From assembly GCA_017499595.2 (NCBI GenBank), contig CM039001.1, forward strand, positions 1,674,001-1,738,000: DNA of 64,000 bases, given 5' to 3'. Within the stretch, counting starts at the first letter, position 1. Every line of letters begins with the position of its first letter. Under the pieces are notes generated by a model. It had not been told where the DNA came from. It saw only the letters and a list, made by a program, of their open reading frames with translations, and ran no database searches. The DNA comes from Psilocybe cubensis. Its lineage: Eukaryota. A program made the position numbers and the translations under genes. Positions 14,397-25,914 of the stretch are shown here, piece by piece.

Positions 14397-15829
14397 TCAT
14401 TGTCGCTCCAGCTCTTTGACAAGCAAGGCGTTCACTTCATCCTTGTTATCCAGATATACTGCAAGATAGTATGCTAATCAGCAAGTTTCAGGTTTCAATC
14501 TCAAAACCAGACTAACCATGATGACCCGCATTTGAAATTATGTACATCCGTCCGTTATCATTGCCTACTTTTCGCAGGCGTTTCACACTTTCCTGCCCAC
14601 CTACAGGGTCCATCCAGTCGTGGTCACCATATACGAATGTGACCTGCATGTCTTTCGGAAGTGCAGCTATTCGGTCGACAAGGGGCATGCGCGCATGGGC
14701 ACCTGGCTCCAGAATGTGAGAGATGCAGTATTCACCAGACCCTTTTGCGAGTGTGATGTTCATGATATAGTCGTGCATGTCGCGTGTTTCCTCTTCTGTT
14801 AGTCCAGAGAAACGCCGAGATGAGTACTACACAAAACGTCAATATGACACCGAGATAGCGTTCAATAAAAAAAAGTACCTTGCCAATGAGCATGGGACCC
14901 CAAACGAATGTAGAGCGGACGAGTTGGAAAGGACTCCAACCCTCCTCCCAGAGATAAGTGAAAAGGCGACGAGTTTTGCTTTCACGAGTCTTATTCTCTT
15001 TCTGCTCCTGACGAATACTCTTGACGCGGCCGTCCGTTGCCCTGTGGAAAGTAGAACGCTCATTTGAGGATGTTTTTGAGTCCGTTGAGACATTTGGTGG
15101 TTCATCGGTCAGTTCTCTCGATGGCTCTTCGTAGTTCGGACCTCGCGGTACACCAGCAGGCGAGAGAAGTATGAGCTTGTGTACTCTATCTGGGTATTTG
15201 AGCGCATACGCAACACTGAAATAAGCGCCGAGGGAGTGGCCGATCAGGGTCATTTTGTTGAGAGACATCTTGGTGCGCCAGTCTTCGAGAGAATCGATGA
15301 AAAAGGACTCTGCTTCTGCAACACGACTCTGCACGTTGTCCTTTTTGGCCTTTACTGAGAAAGGCACGCGCGCAGAGCGACCCATACCCAACCAGTCGAG
15401 CGCAAAGACAGAAGAACCATGGCGGCCCGCCCAATCTGCGAGAGGTGGAAAGTTGTGAAAGAAAAAGCCAAGACCAGCACCATAGCCATGCAGCACGACT
15501 GCAGGCGGGGGTGCTGCAGACGATGGGGCGGTGGAGCGCATAGAGAAGGTGTTGATGTAGTGATTGGCAGGGGTGAGCTGAACGCGGGACGAGGTGGCAA
15601 CGACGGGATCTGAGGGGGCAACCTGGGACTGGGAAGCTGATCTAAAGAAGGAAAGACGGCGCAACAGCCGCTCTTCGCTTATGGCGCTTTCCTTCTCGCC
15701 AACGTGCCACCTAGTAGAGAGATGGTTAGCAGACAACGGAGATTAGAGCAGTGAGCAGACAGACCAGCTACGGACGCTTGCAGTGAATGCTGCGGGGATC
15801 TCTCGGGCTGGGGGCAGCTGGGAATCCAT
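14397..15829 (-). CDS. ABHD4/5-family alpha/beta hydrolase (Cld1/Ict1-like lipid deacylase/acyltransferase)
   Basis: VLHGYGAGLGFFFHNF, ALDWLGMGRSAR, FIDSLEDWR, GHSLGAY nucleophile elbow, YGDHDWMD, AGHHVYLDN (HX4D). Confidence 0.85.
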
Positions 15830-15995
15830 TCTGCGAGAAAGGAGGGATCTGGAGAGGGAGGCCGTGGTGGGAGATGAGGAGGAGGTTAAGTAGCTGGTGC
15901 ATCAGTTTATTAATGACCGACTGCCCATATGCCGTCCACTTATGAACCCTTTCGGCAATTCCACATCTTCCCACGCTGCCTTTCTCCCAACCACC

Positions 15996-17515
15996 ATGTA
16001 CAACGGTATCGGTCTGACTACTCCCCGCGGCAGGTTCGGTCGTTTATGGTCTCTTTGTAATAGTCTCTTTCTAATCTCTCTACAGTGGCACAAGCGGCTA
16101 TGTCGTCCGCAACCTTTCTTCACTGCGCGTTCACGAGAGGAACAACGACAAGTCCGCCTGGGATGCTGCTCCCCCAAAGCACAGAGAGCCCGATGAGGCC
16201 ATTCTCGAGCACGAGCGGAAAAGAAAGGTAGAAGTCAAGTGTCTGGAGCTCAGAGATGCCCTCGAAGATAAAGGGTGTGTTGTCTTTTTTATTTTGTATT
16301 CGCTCTGCTCAAACCTACCTAATCATCAGCATTGATGAGGAAATTATCGAAAAACAGGTCGATGACCTTCGCCAAAAACTCCTCGCCAATCTCTCCGCAA
16401 TGGCGCCTCCCTCGCACGGCTTCAAGCCTTCAGATACCCATGGCCAGGCCGCCGCAAAAAAGGTCGAGCTGTCCAAGATGGCCCGTGCATTCGGCACCCG
16501 TGCAGACTACCAAGAAGGAGAGGCATTTGACAGGGAAAAGCAGGAGGAGAATAAAATAAAGCGTATGGCAGAGCGCGAGGAGCGGGAAAGGGCTAGGCTC
16601 GAAAACAAGGCCAAAATGGCCGAACAAAAGGCAAAATGGGAGCAGGAAAGGAAGGAGAGGGATATGCAACGCAAGAAGGAACAAGAAAAGGCGAGAGAAG
16701 AGAGGGCCGATAAAGCTGCAAAGGATATGCCCCCTCCGCCTTTGCCTACTGGTCCAAAAAGGGATTATGTGGATAGGGACAGACCTAGTGACCAAGATTA
16801 TCGACGCAGTCCACCCCCTCGCGGTCCCCCACCACGCAGCAATGTTCGTGGGGGCAGGGACATGCCTCCACCCCCTCGCGGAGACAGACAAGGACCCAGT
16901 GGTCGCTCCAAGCGAGACAGGGGATCTCCATCTAGATCCCCATCCCCACCCCCAAGGAACAGAAGACGCGTGGACTCACGCTCCTCCTCGCGTTCTCGTT
17001 CTCGTTCCCGGTCATCACGCTCACCCTCACGTTCTCCTCCGCGCAACGCATCTCGCCGATCTCGTTCAGCTTCAGCTTCACCTATGCGCATTGCCCCCCC
17101 TTCGTCACATCGCGGACCACCCCCTTCACATACTAGAGGTCCTGGCCCAAGAGGACGTGAACAGAGAGGACGCTCGCTATCCAGATCACGTTCTAGAACT
17201 CCACCGCGTAGAAGACGGGATTCTCGTTCGCCCTCAGTATCGCGTTCAAGATCCAAGTCGAGGTCCCGTTCACCTGGCAGGAGACGCCCACCCTTGCCGT
17301 CGTATCGTTCAGGTTCTCCCCCACCACCTTCGCGAGGTGAACGCCCTCCACCTCCATTACCCACCCCTCGTGACGAAGAACCCGTTCGAGGACGAGAGAG
17401 GGATTCTGGCAAACGAGGTGGCCGATCACGGTCAGCATCCACGGGGTCTTCAATGAGTGTTAGCTCCAGGAGTGAGAGCTCAAGAAGCAGAAGCCGGAGT
17501 GGAAGCCGTGACTAG
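15996..17515 (+). CDS. CWC21: Pre-mRNA splicing factor Cwc21/SRRM2 (cwf21 domain plus RS tail)
   Basis: [47 protein letters not shown], long Arg/Ser-rich C-terminus. Confidence 0.93.
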
Positions 17516-18037
17516 TTGAAGGCTTTACTTTGTGATGGGGTGTCCTGAAATAAAATATACTGATGTTATAACTGACTGGTCTGATCATACCACTTTGAAT
17601 AATTAACTCTTCCCATGCTCGGAGAAATAGGAAACTGAGAGGCTGTTTAATTATTGCAATGCTGAACTGGCAAACGTGTACTATAGGATGCATTGCATCT
17701 GCGAGGTTTCGCCTCTTGCTGCGTTCATCCTCGTTGTTCGCCGTTAACTTGTAAGGGAAATCACAGAATTCCATGCGTGAAATGCTCTGTAACCAGCAGC
17801 GCCCCGGCACAAAAGTACAGCGATGCAAAGCAAGTATGGGTCTTGTTATAAACGGATATGATCATGAGCAAGTTGCAAGCAAGCGCTCGTCAAGGTCTAT
17901 ATCCGACAATTCCGAGCCTCATGACAGGATCCGAACCACTAGCATAAAGCAAAGTGGCTGCTACCACTATTTAACCTCTTCCTCTGTTTCCCCAGGCCGC
18001 GACCACCCAACTCTCCTCTTCCTCCCAACTAACCCTC

Positions 18038-18058
18038 TGACTCATTGTTCTGACTCAT
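18038..18058. promoter_or_regulatory. Tandem Gcn4/CpcA (cross-pathway control) response elements
   Basis: Two TGACTCAT copies (18038-18045, 18051-18058) about 270 bp upstream of an amino-acid biosynthetic gene. Confidence 0.7.
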
Positions 18059-18320
18059 TTGCCTGGAACCAATACTTATACAGTCGCTTTGCGGTCAATT
18101 GATCGGTGGAACGAAAATTTACGCCCCTAACGCGACTTGCCGGTACGTTTCGTCGTTGTCTGTATCGCTCCAAGAACTCATAAAGATGGCTTTTAGACCT
18201 GTACGTACGTTTCTTTATGGCCGCTCTTTCTGTGCAATATTGTCTCGGTCAACCCGAAATTGCAACCTATATTGAAATCCCTGCTTTTCAACAGTTCCAT
18301 AGTCATTTTAACCATCTACG

Positions 18321-20452
18321 ATGAAGCCCAGCCAAAATCTACCTCTACATGCGCTTGCACGCAGGACAGGGAAAATATCTGGGTCTAACAACAACGTACT
18401 CCTTCGCAGTCGTGGTGTAGCTACAGCCGTACGTACCATCACAATCATGGCGCACACCACTACCGTGCCAAGAAGTCACTCTTTACCTATGCACTCATTT
18501 CGCTTTTATGAATTTAGCCTTCCACCGCATACCTTGCCCCCACCCACAAGCCTAAATCCCCACCCTCCGCTGCGACAGCAAATACTTTGGCTTTGGGCAA
18601 GGAGTACCTCCTCCCCGTATACGCGCGGCCCGAGTTTGTCCTAGCCCACGGAAAAGGCTCCTACGTGTGGGACGTCGACGGCAACAAATATCTGGATTTC
18701 AGCGCGGGTATTGCCGTCAACGCGCTTGGACACGCTGATGAAGGCGTATTGCAGGTGTGTATATTTTCCTTTATTCTATTTCTCTACGGCTTTGGGCCTA
18801 TGGGAATAAATGGATACCAAGTATCAATAAATGGCTGGATGGTTGGATATCTCCTGGTGCCCATTGGTTATCAGTGAATCTATTTTGTTTGAGCGATCGC
18901 TGCCGAATTTTATTTTTGCATCTACACTGTTAAAAATAGGTTGGGATGGTGACCCATCCTCCATTCTCGAGGCTCCGAAATCTGTGCTTTGAAACGTTTA
19001 TTTCTCATCATCGAGGGAGTCTGCATCTTATTCCATGGTATTCACTCGACATCTCCCACGTATGGGCATTGATTGCCTCTCCCGGAAATGGGTAGACTTC
19101 GGGGCGGGATGTATCCTGAGTACCGTCGGGTCGGTTACTCGTCGCGTCATGACTCTTTCTTTCCACCATCTTTGATATCGTGTGGAGGACAACTCTGATC
19201 ATTTATTAACCCTATCTTTTTGGTATTCTTAGGTTTTGACAGAACAAGCTGGAAAGCTATTGCATACGAGCAATGTGTACCATAATGAATGGGCCGGAAA
19301 ACTTGCCAAACTGCTGGTCACTCTCACGCAGACTGAGGGAGGACTCGGCTATGCTGCTGGTGCCAAAGCAACTGAAACAGGTTCAGGAGGTGCAAAAGCA
19401 TTCTTTGCGAATTCAGGAACCGAGGCAAACGAAGGGGCGCTGAAAATCGCGCGTAAAGTTGGAAAGGAGCGCTGGGCGGAGGCCAACGGCAAGAGTTGGG
19501 ACGACCCAGCTTGCACCAAGAATCGTATAGCTTGCTTTGAGAATTCATTCCATGGGCGAAGCATGGGTGCTCTGAGCGTCACGAGTAACCCCAAATATCA
19601 GAAACCATTCGCGCCCCTTATTCCTGGCGTGGATGTGGGCAAACTGAACGATTTGGCTGGACTGGAGACCCTGGTGGGCGAGGACACTTGCGCGGTGATC
19701 GTTGAGCCTATCCAGGGTGAAGGAGGTATCAATGATGCCAATGTAGAGTGGCTGCGAGCATTGCGGAAACGATGTGACGCGGTAGGCGCTGTGCTGATCT
19801 TCGATGAGATACAGGTATGTTGATACCCATATGTGTCGAGGTTAGAGTGCTAAAGTGGACCGCGGTAGTGTGGGCTGTATAGGACAGGCACCCTCTGGGC
19901 GCATTCAAGCCTGCCTGCTGAATGTCACCCCGATATTGTGACGATGGCGAAGCCACTTGCGAATGGGTACCCCATTGGCGCGGTCGTGCTGAGGGACAGT
20001 GTTGCAGCTACTATGACACCAGGTATGTGACCATTACAGACAGACGAGATGGCTACTTGACCAAAATAGGTACACATGGGACGACATTTGGAGGATCACC
20101 ACTGGCGTGCGCAATTGGACACTATGTCGTGTCTCGGCTTTCGTCGCCAGAATTTATTAGCAAGATGACGGACACGAGCAAATACCTGGGCGAACGGCTG
20201 GAGGCACTGCCGAAATGGTACCCGGGTCTTTTGGAGGAACGCGTGCGAGGACGAGGACACATCCGGGGGCTCGGATTCAAAGACGTGGAAGTACCTGGGA
20301 GGATCGTAGAACTGGCGCGGGAGCGAGGGGTGTTTGTGCTTACTGCTGGGAAGAATGCGGTGCGACTTGTTCCCAGCCTGAATGTGGGGAAAGAGGAGGT
20401 TGATTTAGCGGTCGATGTGCTTGAAGGCTGTCTGTCTGTATCATATCATTAG
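18321..20452 (+). CDS. ARG8: Acetylornithine aminotransferase, mitochondrial (class III PLP enzyme)
   Basis: [105 protein letters not shown]; Arg-rich acid-free presequence. Confidence 0.92.
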
Positions 20453-20602
20453 CCGGAGAAACATATAGATAAATATAGCCGGATCAGGTGATTTCAAACG
20501 GACGCAATGTGATTGGCTCCCAATTTCCGAGAATAGTAATCTGGCGGGCACAAAAAGCGTGACAGCGCAAATTGGCTTTGACCTGACTCTCCCCCACCCA
20601 CC

Positions 20603-22962
20603 ATGGACAAGCTCTCGTCCCTCACCCGCTTCAAGAAATCCTGTCCCTTCCTGGGCAAGACAAAGACAGCAACCCTTCGCTCGCTGTCCACCGCGTCGTC
20701 CCCGAGGTATCCCTCCTTGTCCGCACTCACCGAGCGCGCTACGAAATGCCCTGTCATGGGCCCTGCTCTCAATGTGCGCTCCAAGGAGATCGTCGCCGGC
20801 TATGCTAGCGTCGCAGCCAATGTCGACGTCGAAAAGATCCACAAGGAAAAGGGCGTCTTCCCCCCGCCCGGCGCTACCGTCGAGATGTGTCCCCATGCCT
20901 CCGCTGCTAGGGCCGCCGCCGTTATGGCCGATGATCTTGCCTCTGCAGCTGCTGCAAAGAAGGGGTCCAAGGCCAAGTCGGATGCAGAGGTCGCTGCTGC
21001 TGCTGGCTGCCCATTCCACGCCAAAGCCGCTGAAGATGCGCGCAAGGCTGCTGCTGCCGCCGCCGCCCCTGTCCCCGCACCCTCGCACAAGGCCAAGCAC
21101 CACACCGGGTTCGACTACGAGAGCTTCTACGTCAACGAGCTCGACAAGAAGCACAAGGACAACTCCTACCGCTACTTCAACAATATCAATCGACTCGCCG
21201 CAAAGTTCCCAATCGCCCACACCGCCAGCGTCAAGGATGAGGTCGAGGTCTGGTGCGCCAATGATTATCTTGGCATGGGTAATAACCCCGTCGTCCTCGA
21301 AACCATGCAGTATGTATTCAAATTACTCTGTTTTTTTTTCTGAACCCTCCTAACTGTTCTGTCTCCCTTTTCTTAGTCGCACTCTTGACAAGTACGGGCA
21401 CGGTGCAGGAGGTACTCGCAACATTGCCGGCAATGGTGCTATGCATCTAGCCCTCGAGCAGGAGCTCGCTAATCTCCACCGCAAAGAAGCTGCTCTCGTC
21501 TTTTCTTCCTGTTACGTCGCCAACGATGCTACGCTCTCTACACTCGGGTCCAAACTTCCAGGCTGTGTATATTTTTCGGACACAATGAACCACGCTTCCA
21601 TGATTCAAGGCATGCGACACTCTGGCGCTAAGCGCGTCTTGTTCAAGCATAACGATCTCGAGGACCTGGAATCTAAACTCAAGCAATATCCCAAGGAAAC
21701 CCCTAAGATTATTGCATTTGAATCGGTGTATTCTATGTGCGGCAGTATCGGACCCATTAAAGAAATTTGCGACCTTGCGGAGCAATACGGCGCACTTACC
21801 TTCTTGGATGAGGTGTGTTCTCTTCTCCTTCGTCATGATTTATTACTCATGCCATATTAGGTTCATGCGGTCGGTTTGTACGGACCCCGTGGTGCCGGTG
21901 TTGCTGAACATCTGGATTACGATGCCCAAGCTGCCGCGGGTGACAGTCCGTTCCCCATCAAAGGCTCCGTTATGGATCGCGTTGATATCATTACTGGTAC
22001 GGATATCATCACGTTTATTGTAGGCCATAACACATTGACAGACGTACTATTACAGGTACTCTTGGAAAGGCTTATGGCGCCGTCGGTGGTTACATTGCTG
22101 GCTCGGTTGACTTTGTGGACATGATTCGCTCCTACGCTCCCGGTTTTATCTTCACCACCTCACTCCCCCCTGCAACCGTAGCTGGTGCTCGTGCTAGTGT
22201 CGTTTATCAGAAGAACTATGTCGGCGACCGTCAATTGAAGCAGGTAAACGTTCGGGAAGTTAAGCGCCGATTTGCTGAACTCGATATCCCCGTTGTGTGC
22301 GTTTGATCCTTCTTCTCTCTGAAATGAAGTGAATTAAGACTGATTATCATTTCATTAGTCCCGGTCCTTCACACATTGTACCTGTGCTTGTTGGTGATGC
22401 TGCCTTGGCTAAAGCCGCGTCGGACAAACTTCTTGCCGAACATGACATCTACGTGCAATCAATCAACTACCCAACCGTGGCGCGCGGCGAGGAGCGTCTC
22501 AGGATCACTGTCACTCCACGTCATACTCTCGAACAGATGGAAGGTCTGGTCAGCGCTGTTGACCAGGTCTTTACTGAGCTCGGCATCAACAGGCTGAAGG
22601 ACTGGAAACTGGTCGGCGGACGCGCTGGTGTCGGCTTGGCAGACGGATCCGAAGAGGTAGCGCCGATTTGGACCGATAAACAGGTTGGCCTCCTCGATGG
22701 TACAACTCCCCCCACCCTGAGGAACGGGGAAAAGGCGATCGTGGACAGTGATGCAGTCGCCAAGGCTCGTGCTGTATTTGACCCACTTTTGGGACCTATC
22801 AGCGGACCCATTCAAGGCACTCGGACTGTGCAAACTGGAAAGAAAGAAGAAGTGGTCGTGCAGGCGAGACAGAAGCTTCCCTTGATCAAGACGGGTGCCG
22901 CTAGTGTTCCTCTGCGCGAGGATATTCCTGTACCGCCTCCTTCCGTCACTGCTTCTGCGTGA
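20603..22962 (+). CDS. HEM1: 5-aminolevulinate synthase, mitochondrial
   Basis: [92 protein letters not shown]. Confidence 0.96.
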
Positions 22963-24787
22963 GCACCATCTGGTGTCTTTCGTTCCTCAGCCTCTTATCT
23001 TTCCATTCATTTGCAGTTACCTTGTCTAGTGTTTCTCGTCATATCTCCCCACATGCTAGAGTCGTACACCCTGCTTTCCTTATCTCTTTTCGCCTTTTAC
23101 TCTGGGTTGCTAGTAACCCGTCTTAGGCATCGCAATTTGCTTTGTTGATGTATTTTTTGTTTTAAACTTTTTACGCGAAGTAAAGAAACCATATATCATT
23201 TCTGGCTACCTTTTCGAGTTTTTGACGTCGTTGTATAGTTGTAGTTTTGAGAGATTTGGACATGGAAAATTATAAAAACCATTGTCAGTGTTGCGCGTAT
23301 AGGTATCCGCGCACTTTACTTGTGCGCCCCAGTTCAAATCACATCAGCGAAAGGGATTAAACACCTGACACCTCTTTCTTGCTATTACCACCAAGGCCTG
23401 TGCTAGATACATTTGTCTATTGCACTTGCATGCGTTCAAGAAGACAATTCCATGTGTCAATTCGAATTCGTTATGCTAAGGAAGCCCATGGACCAACTAA
23501 AAAAGTCAAAAATTCCCCAACACCAGGTTCGGTTTGACAATTAGCTCCGTGCACATTCGGTGGAATATACATGAAACAAAAAGGAAAGATAACGATGGGG
23601 TCGGGGTCGGCCCATTTAAGTTGTGTGGATGGATGGATTTTATCTGAGATTTCCTCCAGCTATTTGGGAACTTGAACCGGCATTAGCCAAAAGGAAGGCA
23701 GAGGAATGTTGATGAAAGACTGGATTCTCCGAAAGATGAAGGCTTCTTGCAATCTCGGGCACTTGAATTGACGAGCCCCGGTCTCAGATATCGAAGCATT
23801 GTACGTTTAGTTGTAATGTCATTCGCTCCACGTATATCGCACCTCTGGAGTCTGCGATGTTTATGACCAATGATGTCTCTGGAACGAATCCATCGGAAGA
23901 TCCGATGAAGATTGAAGCGCAAAATCGTCACTGTGACCTCACTGCATTTGCAATCATTGAGATGTTTCCAATACAAACCCTCTGATTGGTTGAGTTGGCT
24001 GCCCAGTGGGTGTAAGATGTGTCCCGAGAGGGCAATCGATCATCCAAACAAATATATGGGCTCGTGTATATCCTTTTCTAGCAATGGACACGGCGCCTAA
24101 TATTTGATGGGATAACATGTCATCATGTAAGCGCTGGAGCCAGTGTATATATTATTTAGTAACGGGCCAGCCAGAAATTATCACACAACTGGCATCCACA
24201 TTTTCTTTTCGATTTTCATCGCATCCGGATTGTTTTTAACAGGTTCCCTTTGTATAGGTTCATTGCTCCAAGTGTTGAATTCCACGGGATCCCAGGGTGA
24301 TGCGTTGATGGGACACTTGTGCCAAACCTGGATAGGTTGGATTTCAATAGTCGCGAGTTCCCCATCCTGCCCCGTATGGGACAAATGTTCTTGCTATATA
24401 TATCAAATGATCATGTCGGGATGTGGTAACAATTATGGCCCAACTATTGTATTCACGTCACTATGTGAAGGGATTTCGTTACTGTTATCCTTACGAAAAT
24501 TAGACGAGAGCGAACTCTACTTTGCCTTGTTGGCAGTTTTTAAATTTGTCCTGTGTTCGACAGCAGATTACAAGAAAGACCAAGCACAGCTGCTGTAATA
24601 ATAGCATTTACACTCAACTATTTAGAAACACGATACAAAAAATAGTGTATGGACTCGCAAAGAACAACTTGATAATCTGATGATGGTCTATTAACAAAGG
24701 CAGTGCAATATTCTAGATCGGACAAAAGTCAAGAACCGAAAAGCAATGAAACAACAGAAACGCACCTATGGCTTGGGGAGTGTCCAT

Positions 24788-25582
24788 TTACCAAGGAACC
24801 TCTTTGCCAGCCCAATCCCAAACCTTGCCGCGTTGCTGCAGCGATAGATTTTCAACGACGTTGATCAGATTTGTGGCTGCATCTATAGCCTCAAAAGACT
24901 CTTGTCTGACAGCAGAGTCCCAAAATCCCTTGCTCAAGTCGGTCTTGACAGTCCCAGGGTGCACGCCAACACACATAGCCTTGGCACTGCTCTGCTCAAG
25001 GTACAGATCAAAGGTTTTCATGACCTGGTTGAGCGCCGCCTTGGAGGAGCGGTACGAATACCACCCGCCACGCATATTATCCTGGATAGACCCAACCCGC
25101 GCTGAAACATGGGCCCACTTGGCCGGGGTTTCCAAATTCTTGATGGAGGGGCTGGGGAGGAAGCGCGAAAAGTGCTTTATGATGAGCATGTGCGATATCG
25201 TGTTGATCTGGAAAGTCTCCTTGATAGCGTCCCAGTCTAGATCAGAGGGCTTCTTCTCAGGTACGAGCATGCCCCCTGTGATGAATGCGGTGTGGATATA
25301 TGCGTCTGTCAACCCCTTTGCTTCGAGCGACTCGTTGAGGCTGTGGGCCGCAGACGCAATGCTATCCTCTGACGTGAGGTCGAGATGAAGAAGGTTCAGG
25401 CGTTCAGGATCAACCTTTTCTATAGGCTCGAGTATCAGTTTCTTAATCTCATTATCTGTCGCCCCCGTTCGGTGACTGGCATAAACAGGCAGGTTTGTGG
25501 TGCGCAGATACTGGCGTGTGAGTGCAACACCAAGACCGCGAGTGGCACCTGGGGTGACGAGAACAAACGGATTATGGGGCAT
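24788..25582 (-). CDS. Short-chain dehydrogenase/reductase, CsgA/C-factor-like, intronless
   Basis: TPGATRGLG Rossmann motif, SARVGSIQDN..GGWYSYRSSKAALN (YxxxK), VHPGTVKTDLS, WDWAGKEVPW. Confidence 0.88.
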   Translation of the reverse strand: MPHNPFVLVTPGATRGLGVALTRQYLRTTNLPVYASHRTGATDNEIKKLILEPIEKVDPERLNLLHLDLTSEDSIASAAHSLNESLEAKGLTDAYIHTAFITGGMLVPEKKPSDLDWDAIKETFQINTISHMLIIKHFSRFLPSPSIKNLETPAKWAHVSARVGSIQDNMRGGWYSYRSSKAALNQVMKTFDLYLEQSSAKAMCVGVHPGTVKTDLSKGFWDSAVRQESFEAIDAATNLINVVENLSLQQRGKVWDWAGKEVPW

Positions 25583-25914
25583 AGCTGAAAAGATAGACGT
25601 GATTCATTTTTCCAATGGTGTTTTTTATACAGACATGGTCGCTGAAACAAATCTGAGCTATTCTCGTCCTGGACGCGCCGCCTTTCTCGTCACGTGCCGG
25701 GGGATACCTGTACAGATCATGAAAGGACAACAGTTCGATAGCAAAGGTCGGCTGGGAATTACAGGAGATATTAGCTAGTGTATAGTAAGTACAAATCCTC
25801 AGTAAATAACAGAAGGGACAGAGAAAACCAAGAAAACTGTTGCACACAAGTCCGTTGTTAAATAAGGGAATCACCAGGCGTCCTTCATAATTCATTCGTG
25901 AGTCGGTGAGGATC

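Noticed and set aside
16430-17456. Long alternative-frame and antisense ORFs over CWC21 (likewise 39691..40110 over RNPS1)
   Set aside because: By-products of GC-rich Arg/Ser repeat coding; no independent motif
20441-21353. 259-264 aa antisense and shifted ORFs over the HEM1 5' exon
   Set aside because: Explained by high GC3 and stop-codon depletion in a conserved gene
23000-24760. 1.8-kb gap with several 60-150 aa ORFs, considered as a transposon relic or gene
   Set aside because: No terminal repeats, no RT or transposase motif, and I could not build a consistent spliced frame on either strand
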